64,000 nucleotides of DNA from Paraspadella gotoi. Lineage: Eukaryota > Animalia > Chaetognatha. This document shows, in pieces, positions 23,701 through 34,417 of the stretch; the stretch's first letter is position 1; every line of letters begins with the position of its first letter. Location: assembly GCA_051294375.1 (NCBI GenBank), contig CM119269.1:16825030-16889029 (forward strand), in the 5' to 3' direction. A program made the position numbers and the translations under genes. The notes under the pieces are model-generated. The model did not search any database. It was not told the DNA's origin and saw only the letters and a program-made list of their open reading frames with translations.

Positions 23701-25938
23701 GGGGCAAAAACGAAAACATATCCCTCGTATTTCCGATGATTCTCCGATGCAACGATGCGTCCACCGGAAAGAGAGCATCTTTTTCGCATATTACTTTTTC
23801 GCTTTTCATCTTTTTTAAGATCGTAAATTCTAATTTTATCGGCGATTAGCGTCACTTTATAGATGAAATACTGTATTTATTTGATCGTTTTATTATCGGG
23901 AGATCTTGTCGAAGAAGATTTTGATTGACCGATGACTCTCGCGGAAACCGCGACGACCCATTCGTGTAATCGTAAATCATAGTCACTGACATCGCTCGTC
24001 AAAACCAAAAAAAAATATGTTTCAAAACATTCAAAGAAAACGGAAACCAAGAAAAAAAAACCCGCAATTTTATTTGGAGACAGAGAAAAAAAAAAGAAAA
24101 AAAGAAAATAAAATGAACGAATAAATGAGAGAAAAAAAAGAAGAAAGAAGCTCCCTTTAAAATTCCACGCGTTTCCATCTCACAATTCCCTCCACGTGCA
24201 TTTAGTTAAAAAATCCACCACACCCAAGAGCAGATGCTAGGCTAACGTCCAAAAATTTGTCCAAACCAGTTTTTTTTTAAATTGCAGTTGAAGTTGGTAA
24301 TCTATCTTTGCAGACATTTGATTATTTGTACTAATGCAAAAATATACGACCAATTAAACATTATAGTCAAACGATTCAGTAACGACAGCTAATCATCACA
24401 CCCACTCCCACTTCGTCTAATTCGACGTATATAATAACTAAATCTCACAAATGACACCCATTTTCTAATGCTCTTAGAGCGCGCCCCATCTTTGCGATTT
24501 TTGCAAAACGTAACATTTTTTACAACATCTCTTATCTTAATTCGTTACAACATGTAAATAACCTATATAAACAACGACATTCTTCAATCCAGCTAAACAC
24601 TCTATTTTTTCTCTATTTCTTTAACACCTTAACTGCTTTACAACACTCTTATATCTTCTTTTATATTCTATGCCCCGAATCTGAATGTTCACGCATTTAA
24701 CACAAACAACCACACACTACTTCAAAATTTTGACATATACCTAACCGGTAGATATACAACACTACACACTGATGTATCTATACTTTATACAACCACAACA
24801 TCACTCATAGATATATTCACTAATATGATAGTTATAATCTGAACGGAAAGAAAACGAGAGTGGGAAAGAGTGAAGTGTGATGGGGCAAGAGTGAGGAGCA
24901 GAGCTGCAAACGCTCGAGGGAAAAGGCGTAGAATAGGGGGCAGAGGCGGAAAATCAGCGAAAAGAAAACAGATGAGTAAAATAAGCAACGCGAGGGGAAT
25001 CGACAAGCAAGAAAGCGATGTGCGGAAATCTAGAAAAAAAAGGGCGGGCCGACCCTGTTTGTCCTGTTCAACTTCGGCGCCATCAATGCGAGTATTGATT
25101 TTTCCGGGTAATCGGACCAATGACCGCAAGAAAAAACGCAAAAAAAAAAACCCGAAATATTACTCATCAGCAATGTTGACTATGTAAGGAATCTATTTCG
25201 CTGCGACTCAGTCCATGTCATACAGAAAAGTTTTTAGCATAAAAACTAGGAGGTCGTTAGCTCGAAGGCCTTTAACGCGCGGCCTTCCCGCGGGCGTCGC
25301 TTCGATTGTCGCTTTGACGGAGTGTCGTAATATTCGGACGAGTCCTTCGTCTTCATCTTTGACCACAGTCTTTGACAAAGTCATCGGTGCAATCTTTTTC
25401 TCAGTTATACCCTAAATCTTCATCGCAGTCTTTGTAGCATTGTGCAAATAAGTCTTTTTTGTTAGTCCTTTGTTGCTGTTTTTTTTAATCGCGGTCCGTT
25501 TATTGTATAAATGTTATTCTTGTAGCCTTCATCGCAGTCTTATTTATATTTATACATTATTAATAAATAGCTGCCTATTGTTGCAGTTTTTGTCAAAACA
25601 TTTTATGTAGCAGACTTTGGCAGACATTCTTATCGGCAACTTTGTTCCAGTTTTAGTCAAATATTTTTTGTCGAAGTGTTTTGGCACAGTCTCCTGTCGC
25701 ATTTTTCGTCCAGTTATCGGTCGTTCGTCGGGTCGTCGTCGTCGTCGTCGTCGTCCTCTCTTCCCTTAGACGAAAGTTAAAGATTTTTTTCGCGAGACAA
25801 CAACGAAAGAAAAAACTCTTTTGTGTCGTTATTTCCGGAGCCCGAAAGAGGCCATAAGGGCCTAACGCGCAGCTCTAACATGGAATTTTTGCCACCCACC
25901 CAAACAATTGGGTAAAAGCGCGGGGAAGAGAGAGAGAG

Positions 25939-26020
<82 letters not shown>

Positions 26021-28967
26021 CGTGGCGAACAGAATTATAATATGTAAGACGAGGGCAGACAGAGCGATTCTCTCCTCGTCTCCTTGGCCAATGTCGCGCC
26101 GCCGATAAAGCGTAAACAAGCCTCATAAATTTTGCGGTCTTCCTATGTCAGTTGTCCGTCGTCGTCGTCGTCTTGTCATCGTCTTTTACCCGGCGCGCTA
26201 GTTGGTCGTACGTCTCGCTGCCGTCTTCCCACGTGACGATTTTCTCGTCATTTATGCGCTCTCCTTTATTTGCAGTTTATAATATTATTCTCTTTCGCCG
26301 TTTCCCTTAGAATTACGAATTTTAAACGATGGGAATAATATGTTGCTACTTCATTTTTTACAGTCTATAAAATACTCACAAAAACCATTTGATTTTTATT
26401 TCATATTATATGGCGTTGTTACATATAAATATAGCCTACTGCGTAAATTTCAAAAATTTAGATAAATTTTTTATGACATTAAATGTTTTCATTCTCCACT
26501 TTTTAAAATTTTAAATTAAGTATAAATAGAATTTTTATACGCTTAATGCCGACTATGAGTGACCTCTGGTCCAGGGAACATCATGATATTCTTGACCAGA
26601 CCATCGCTTCGCCGAAGATTTTCCGATCGAAGTCACCCGTCGATGGTTGAAAAAACGGCTCCTGACGGTCTTTCACGACGGCCTGAAAGCTAAACATCTC
26701 AAACGACAACGAAATAAACATCAATGAAAGACGATGCTTACGAGGCGGAAATCCAAATTACTGATATCCGGGAGATATTCAATTCATTTTGTCTTCTTTG
26801 AGAAACAGAAGGTTTGAGAAGACGAGGTAAACAAAAAGACGAGCGACACTAGAGTTTGTATATAAAAAAAAGAGAGAAAGAAAGCCAACAAAAGGAAAAA
26901 AAACAAAAAAAATATGGTGTTATTTACTTTCTCAACTTGCTATCAGTATTCACAAATCGGGATTTTTTTACAATCGCTTTCAATCTTTTAAATAATTTTT
27001 TTTCTCAAAACAATTTTAATGACCCTACTCCGCTAATTCCATACTAATCAACGATGTACCAATTGTAGTTTCTAACATATAACATCACCATGGCATGGAC
27101 ATGACCAGTACAAATCCCGCGATGAACAGTGAAAACTGCATTTTTTCAAATTACAACCTCTACCTTCTATTGAGTTCTCCAATCCGAAAGGCAAGTAATG
27201 CGAATCAATATCACCAATCAATCCAAATCAGCCATCAATAACCACCATCTTCCCCCGAACTATCTTCATTTTTTCATTTCACCTCCCTCATTAAGAGAAA
27301 GAACACTCCAAAGCAGAATCTCAGTGATCTCAAGACTCTTTTTTTGTTTTTCTCGTTTTCTCTTGAGGATGGTGGTGGGGTGGGTGGGGGTGGATGGTGA
27401 CTGGGAAGGAGGAATGATGTACAGTGTACATATTGTGGATGCTGGAGGATGCAGGGTGGAGATGGAAGCTAAAGGAATTTTGCTTCGCTTTTCTCACCAA
27501 TGTTCTATAATATTCACCGATCTCGAAGCCGAAGCACATCTTGACCACCCAATAGTACTCCACCCCCGTCAGCAAACTAGATACAACCACAGACCCGTTT
27601 CAAACATGGTCCTTTTCCTAATCCAGACCACGTTCCAGAGCCCACTCGTAAAAACATTCTTATCGATTTTACCCACCGATTTTTCTCTTGTCATATCCCA
27701 CAAATCTAAAAAGAGACGAATTCCCTCATCCATATTCCCTCGATGTCGACCACACATAGCCGAATACGCTTCGCACGCAGTTCTCCGCTCTCATTTTTTT
27801 CTCTCTAGTGGCGCCAGCAAACGTTCAAAAATTCAAAGCGTTCAAAGGCGAATATTCCCGAAGCCCAGACGTTTCAAGTCTTTCGTCGTCTCGTCGTCGT
27901 CGAACTTAGTCTCGTTTTTTGGTTCGTCAAGTGAGACAGGTCGAATATTCGCACCCAAATAAGTGGTCGATCGTCGTGTCGTCGTCGTCGCGTCTTCATA
28001 AATCATGCATAATCTTCCATTCGTCGATATCCTTCGGGTTCTGGCCTTCTTTCTTTTTCACGTCTTTGTTTCACGCCGACGAAAAAGACCTTTGGGACTA
28101 TCGAGCCAGAGTCAAGACAAAGAGGCCCGACGTCGACTGCTTCTCCAATTATGTCTTCTATTGTCATGAATGCCTTGATGTCATCAATCGATCGACCATC
28201 AAGTAGAGAGATTTTTTTTAGTCGATCTGCTTATCAGCAGATCCCCAAAAACCTTTCGTAAAATCACTTGAATCATTTCACAAGGAGATGCGAAATCGGT
28301 CAAAAGTGAAGCGAAAATAAAAAAGGAGTGTCCTTGGTGTTCTCTGTCTGTCTGTCTCTCTTCTGTCCATCCGTTTCTTCGTTGCCATTTTTTTCTTGCC
28401 AATAATTTTTTTTAAACTTCATAGAATATAAATTCAATTTAACAAATATCACTTTATAGTTACTAAATAGCAAATGGCGATTAATGAAATTTTCGGTGTC
28501 ACTCAACTGACTCTCTCTGTCTCGCACACGTTTCTCTCTCTTCAGCCTCGTTTTGTTAAAATGCTTATAGGATACTTGATTCTGTCATTTGCCTCTGGTT
28601 GTTGTTCGGATGTATCATTAAATATAAAAAAGAACCTACTTTTTCCTTTCTCTTTGAGTCCGCTGCTTTAGCGGAGCCGCAGCCAAGGGGCATCGATGGA
28701 GGCAAAAGTGGCCAACATTTATTCTGCTCTTAAAGATGTTGTCTCAAGATTTAGTCAGAAGAAAGCGGGAATTCCTACGAGTTAAGCAACTAGCGTTAAA
28801 ACTTTTCTTTCGGACGGCCGACGCCTGGAACGCTCGAACCTTGGGCGGGCATAGAAATATTAAACAATTTCTGCAGGTACTTTTCACTTCTGTATTGAGA
28901 AATTCTCACTTCTCTCATCTAAAAATACCGCTTCGCGGAATCCGAACGTTGTTTGCTTAGTACTTTA

Positions 28968-29677
28968 AAACTTGATTTCATTGATTTTACCTTGATTTCA
29001 ACTTGATTGTTATCTTAATTTCAACTTGATTTTAATCTTGATTTCCAATTGATTTCAAACTTGATTTCAACTTGATTTTATTTTGAATTTCAACTTTATT
29101 TCAAATTATGATTTATCTTGATTTCAACTTGATTCAACGCTAGATTGTTATCTTGATTTTAACTTGATTTCCAACTTGATTTCAACTTGGTTTTTATCTT
29201 TTATCTTCAACTTGATTTCAACTTATTTCAAACCTTGGATTTATCTTGATTTCAACTTGATTTCAACTTGGTTTATCTTGATTTCAACTTTGAAATTTCA
29301 ACTGATTCAACTGATATAACTTGAATTTTATCTTGATTTCAACTTTGATTTCAACCTGATTTTATCTGATTTCAATTTTGATTTTATCTTGATTTATCTT
29401 GATTTTAAACGTTGATTTTCAACTTGGTTTCAACTTGGTTTTTATCTTGATTTTAACTTGATTTCAACTTGATTTTAGTCTTGATTTCAACTTGATTTTA
29501 ATCTTGATATTCAACTGATTTTCAACTCTTGATTTCGAACTTGAGTTCTCAACTTGACTTTTACTCTTGATTTCAAGCTTTGAATTTTATCTTTGAATTT
29601 TATCTGATTCAACTTGATTTTATCCTTGAATTTCAAAACTTGATTTTGAATCTTGATTTTAACTTGATTTCAACTTG
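28968..29677 (-). repeat. Inverted, indel-rich copy of the 11-bp minisatellite (TTGATTTCAAC / TTGATTTTATC)
   Basis: Reverse complement of 33741-34417 with many single-base indels. Confidence 0.95.
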
Positions 29678-29786
29678 TGCCAGGGTCAAGCAGCCGCACC
29701 ACACAAAAGCAACCCGAAAATGGACCGGTCGATCTTTAAAAAAAAGTATTCAAGTCGGTATTGAAGTCAAGCAAGCGAGTCCACTT

Positions 29787-29794
29787 TATAAAAG
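29787..29794 (+). promoter_or_regulatory. TATA box (TATAAAAG) upstream of the candidate ATG at 29837; mirror at 33633-33640 (-)
   Basis: Consensus TATAWAWR present in both arms, between the 11-bp satellite and the ATG. Confidence 0.4.
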
Positions 29795-29994
29795 CGACAA
29801 CAACAACGTGACAACAACGATAGTCGTCGACAGAAGATGAGTCACGATCAATGGTTTCCCAATATTTTCATGCACGATGACGGGACGCGCACGACGATGA
29901 GCGACGACGATGACGACAGTCAACGTCGCCTCCGATTTTGTCGAGTCATCGAAACTTCTTCATCGTGCCGTCCACACCCTCGTCGCCCGTACCG

Positions 29995-30565
29995 CACGTC
30001 GCCCTCTTGCCCACTTTTGCCACTCACCCTCTTTGCCACTTCACCCTCTTTGCCTAAACTTCACTCCTCTTTGCCCACTACACCCTCTTTGCCCACCTTT
30101 ACCAATCTTTGCCCACTTTGGCCCATTTCACTCCTCGTTTCCCCTTCACCGCTCTTGCCCACTTCACCCTCTTTGCCCAATTCACCATTCCTTTGCCACT
30201 TTGCCCAGTTTCACTCTCTTCTCCCACTTCACTCACTCTTGCCCAACTTCAACCCTCTTTGCCGCACTTTACCTTCTTGTGCCCACTTAACCCTCTTTTG
30301 CCGCACTTCACCCTTCTTTGCCAACCTTCGACCCTGCTTGCCACTTCACCCCTTTCCCACACTTCACCCTCCTTTGCCCCGTTTGCCCTTTAGACCCATG
30401 TTAGCCGCTCTTGCCCCATGGTTCACCCTCTTTGTCCCACTTCACCCTATTCTGCCCACTTTACCCACTTCACCGCTCGTTGCCCACTTTACCCACTTCA
30501 CCCATTCACCCTCTTTGCCCCACTTACCCTCTTTGCCCATTTGCCCACTTGACCCACTTCGCCAC
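29995..30565 (+). repeat. 9/18-bp minisatellite (CCCACTTCACCCTCTTTG), reading Pro-X-X on one strand and Gly-X-Y on the other; mirrored at ~32975-33435
   Basis: Tandem units cccacttca / ccctctttg / cccactttg seen directly; the mirror copy reads ggcaaagag-ggtgaagtg. Confidence 0.9.
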
Positions 30566-31944
30566 AGTCCCCCCAGATCTCGTCCACAAAACAAGCGACC
30601 CAGGATTAGGGTTTGGGCTCGGCCAGAGTCGTGGATCACTCGGAATGAGAAGAACTCATGCCTTTTTCGAGTCGCTTACAGTAAAAGTGTCACAGCTCGC
30701 GAAAGAAATGAGAACTAGAATCATTTAGTAATCTAGGTGAATCATCAACGTAAGATCATTTGAACGAGCGCGTTGCCTTTGCAGAAAGTTGCCAAGAAAA
30801 AGCAGAGTTTGATAATAGTTAGTGACAGTAATTCGAACGTGAAGGCGATATATCTTTAATTAAAGATAAGTTAGAAACGAAATGACATTAGTAACAAGAA
30901 TTAAATTCAGTATTTCCGATTTTTCAACTACTCTCCCTTCTGCAGATAAACAAAAAGAAAAAACGAAACAAAACGAAACGAAACAAAACGAAACAAAATC
31001 CAAAACAAACAGAGACACAAGTAAGTGTAACGAGGACCAGGACTCACCTTCAACGAAATTTTCGGTCTTTGACGAGAAAAAGAGGATTTCCATCGTTTTC
31101 TCTTATTTACTTTGTTTTCTTGGTTCTGTTTTTATTTTGTTTTGGTTTTTATTTTTTGTCCTGTTTCTTTGGATCTTTGCAATCGACGTTAGGAATAATC
31201 GTGTACTTGACATTCGTCGCTCGACGTTCGTTTGCTGATGGTCGTGTTGTTGTGTTCGTTGTTGTTTTTTCTTGATTTCATTTCTTAACTTTTTGCAACG
31301 AAACGTGGAGGACGAAGAGAGGTTTTTTTCTTTCTCGCTCCTTCGTCATCTTATTTCTTTTTCCTTTTCATTCTTCTTTTTTTTCCCCAACGCGATTCAA
31401 GTCCACTTTTGTTTCCGTCGCGAAACGACGTCGTTTCGTGGCCGTCGTGCGAGCGGTGGCGGGCTGCTACGTCACGTGGAAGGCTCTCTATCTCTCTCCA
31501 TCTCATCTCCTCTCTCTCCTCTCTCTCTATCTCTCTCCTCTCTCTCCTCTCTCTGTCCTACTTTACACACACGCGCGCGCGATTTGCGGCTCGGCAGGCA
31601 GCGGGCGGGGCTCTACGCTCGATGGCCCCCGACCGTTACGTCGCTAGGCAACTTTCGACGTGCGCCTCGTTGTCATAGAAACGACGACGACGACGACGAC
31701 GAAGAGAAGAAAAAAACCCGGATGCTTCGGGACGTTGCGAGAAGCGAACGAAATTGAGGAAGAGGAAGAGGAGGGAGGGAGCGCGGGAGAGGAAGGGGGG
31801 GGGAGAAGAGAAAGAAGGAGGAAAAGATCTCTTTTGTGTTTTCTGTTGTGTTTTTTTCTTTCAAAGAATTTTCTATCTTTTTCCGGTTTTTTTTAATGAC
31901 TCTGTGCTTACTTTTTTCGATGCGTAATCGTCTTTTATGGTGAG

Positions 31945-32015
<71 letters not shown>

Positions 32016-32994
32016 TNNNNNNNNNNNNNNNNNNNNNNNNNAGAGAGAGAGAGAGAGATAGAGAGCCTTCCACGTGACGTACGCCAGCGCCACCGTCGCA
32101 CGACGCCACGAAAACGACGTCGTTCGCCGCGAAACAAAAGGGACTTGAATCGGTTGGGGAAAAAAAGAAAGAATGAAAAGGAAAAAGAAATAAGATGACG
32201 AAGGAGACGAAGAAAGAAAAAAACCTCATCTTCGTCTCCACGTTTCGTTGCAAAAGTTAAGAATGAAATCAAGAAAAACAACAACGACAACAACAACGAC
32301 ATCAGCAACGAACGTCGAGCGACGAATGTCAAGTAACGATTATCTCAACGTCGATGCAAAGGATCCAAAGAAACAGGACGAAAAAAAAACCAAAACAAAA
32401 TAAAAACAGAACCAAGAAAACAAAGTAAATAAGAGAAAAACGATGGAAATCTCTTTTTCTCGTCAAAGACGAAAATTTCGTTGAAGGTGAGTCCTGGTCT
32501 CCGTTACACTTACTTGTTCTCTGTTTTGTTTGGATTTTTGTTTCGTTTTGTTTCGTTTCGTTTTGTTTCGTTTTTTCTTTTGTTTATTGCAGAAGGGAGA
32601 GGAGTTGAAAAAATCGGAAACTAACTGAATTTAATTCTTGTTACTAATGTCATTCGTTTCTAACTTATTTCTTTTAATTAAAGATATATCGCCATCTCGT
32701 TCGAATACCTGTCACTACTATTATCAAACTCTGCTTTTTCTGGCAAACTTTCGCAAAGGCGACGTCAACGTGTCAACGCGTCGTTCAAATGATCTTACTT
32801 GATGATTCATAGATTACTAAATGATTCTTAGTTCTCATTCTTTCGCGATGTGACACTTTTACTGTAAGCGAACTCGGAAAAAAGCATGAGTTCTTCTCAT
32901 TCCGAGTGATCCACGACTCTGGCCGAAGCCCAAACCCTAATCCTGGTCGCTTGTTTTGTGGGACGAGATCTGGGGGGGATGTGGGCGAAGTGGG

Positions 32995-33512
32995 TCAAGT
33001 GGGCAAAGTGGGCAAAGAGGGTAAAGTGGGCAAAGAGGGCCTACATGGTCTAAAGTGCTCTATATCATATATTATTTATTGGGAAATAGGGTAAGTGGTT
33101 ATATATATTTTTCAAAGAGGGTGAAGGTGGCAAAGAGGCGTGAAGTGTCAAAGAAGTAAAGTGGCAAAGAAGTATGTGAAGTGGGCAAACAGGGTGAAGT
33201 GTGAAAAGAGGGTGAAATGGGCAAAGTGGCAAAGATGGTGAATTGGGCAAGGGAAAGGAAGGGTGAAGTGGGACAAAGAGCGGTGAATAGGGGAAACGAG
33301 GAGGCTGAAATGGGCAAAGTGGGCAAAGATTGGTATGGCAGGGGTGTAGTAGAGGAGTGAGGCAAAGAAGGGTGAAGTGGGCAAAGAGGGTGATGCAAAG
33401 TGGGCAAAGAGGTTGAAGTGGGCAAAGAGGGCGACGTGGGTACGGGCGACGAGGGTGTGGACGGACGATGAAGAAGTTTCGATGACTCGACAAAATCGGA
33501 GGCGACGTTGAT

Positions 33513-33543
<31 letters not shown>

Positions 33544-33593
33544 TCGTCATCGTCATCGGAAAAATATTGGGGAAACCATTGATCGTGACTCAT
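32995..33593 (-). CDS. Candidate acidic, Pro/Ser/Thr-repeat protein (MSHDQWFPQYFS-polyD-INVASDFVESSKLLHRPSTPSSPV-(PTSPSL)n), frameshifted in this assembly; mirror copy 29837-30552 (+)
   Basis: TATAAAAG ~50 bp upstream of a gaagATG start in both copies. A non-repetitive N-terminus runs in frame into the repeat, and a TGA shared by both copies ends the Pro frame. Frameshifts differ between the copies. Confidence 0.4.
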
Positions 33594-33740
33594 CTTCTGT
33601 CGACGACTTCGTTGTTGTCGTTGTTGTTGTCGCTTTTATAAAGTGGACGCTTGCTTGACTTCAATACCGACTTGAATACTTTTTTAAAGTCGACCGGTCC
33701 AGTTCGTTGCTTTGTTTGGTCGGCTGCTTGACCCTGGCAC

Positions 33741-34417
33741 CAAGTTGAAATCAAGTTAAAATCAAGATAAAATCAAGTTGAAATCAAGATAAAATCAAGT
33801 TGAATCAAGATAAAATCAAGATAAAATCAAGTTGAAATCAAGATAAAATCAAGTTGAAATCAAGTTGAAATCAAGTTGAAATCAAGTTGAAATCAAGATA
33901 AAATCAAGTTGAAATCAAGATAAAATCAAGTTGAAATCAAGTTAAAATCAAGATAAAACCAAGTTGAAACCAAGTTGAAATCAAGTTAAAATCAAGATAA
34001 AATCAAGATAAAATCAAATTGAAATCAAGATAAAATCAGGTTGAAATCAAGTTGAAATCAAGATAAAATCAAGTTGATATCAAGTTGAAATCAAGTTGAA
34101 ATCAAGTTGAAATCAAGATAAAACCAAGTTGAAATCAAGTTGAAATCAAGATAAAACCAAGTTGAAATCAAGTTGAAATCAAGTTGAAATAAAGATAAAA
34201 CCAAGTTGAAATCAAGTTGAAATCAAGTTAAAATCAAGATAAAATCAGGTTGAAATCAAGTTGAAATCAAGATAAATCAAGTTGAAATAAAGTTGAAATC
34301 AAAATAAAATCAAGTTGAAATCAAGTTGAAATCAAGTTGAAATCAAGATAAAATCAAGTTGAAATCAAGATAAAATCAAGTTGAAATCAAGGTAAAATCA
34401 AGTTGAAATCAAGTTAA
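33741..34417 (+). repeat. 11-bp minisatellite, ~60 units, variants GTTGAAATCAA / GATAAAATCAA / GTTAAAATCAA
   Basis: Direct reading of a clean tandem array. Confidence 0.95.

Larger units (their letters stand above)
24800..31500 (+). repeat. Left arm of a large inverted duplication (degraded similarity extends to ~24350)
   Basis: Collinear reverse-complement match to 32050-38490. Anchors: tattcactaatatgatagtt 24814-24833 vs aactatcatattagtgaata 38459-38478; acgtcacgtggaaggctctctatctctctc 31469-31498 vs 32051-32080. Paired ORFs MSHDQWFP at 29837(+) and 33593(-). Confidence 0.95.

Noticed and set aside
31490-32060. SMRTbell adapter remnant at the palindrome centre (ATCTCTCTC...GAGAGAGAT)
   Set aside because: Only the AG-microsatellite-like stems match; the adapter loop TTTTCCTCCTCCTCCGTTGTTGTTGTT is absent.
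33741-34417. Possible CRISPR array or iteron cluster
   Set aside because: Units are contiguous 11-mers with no unique spacers, there are no cas or rep genes, and the context is eukaryotic.
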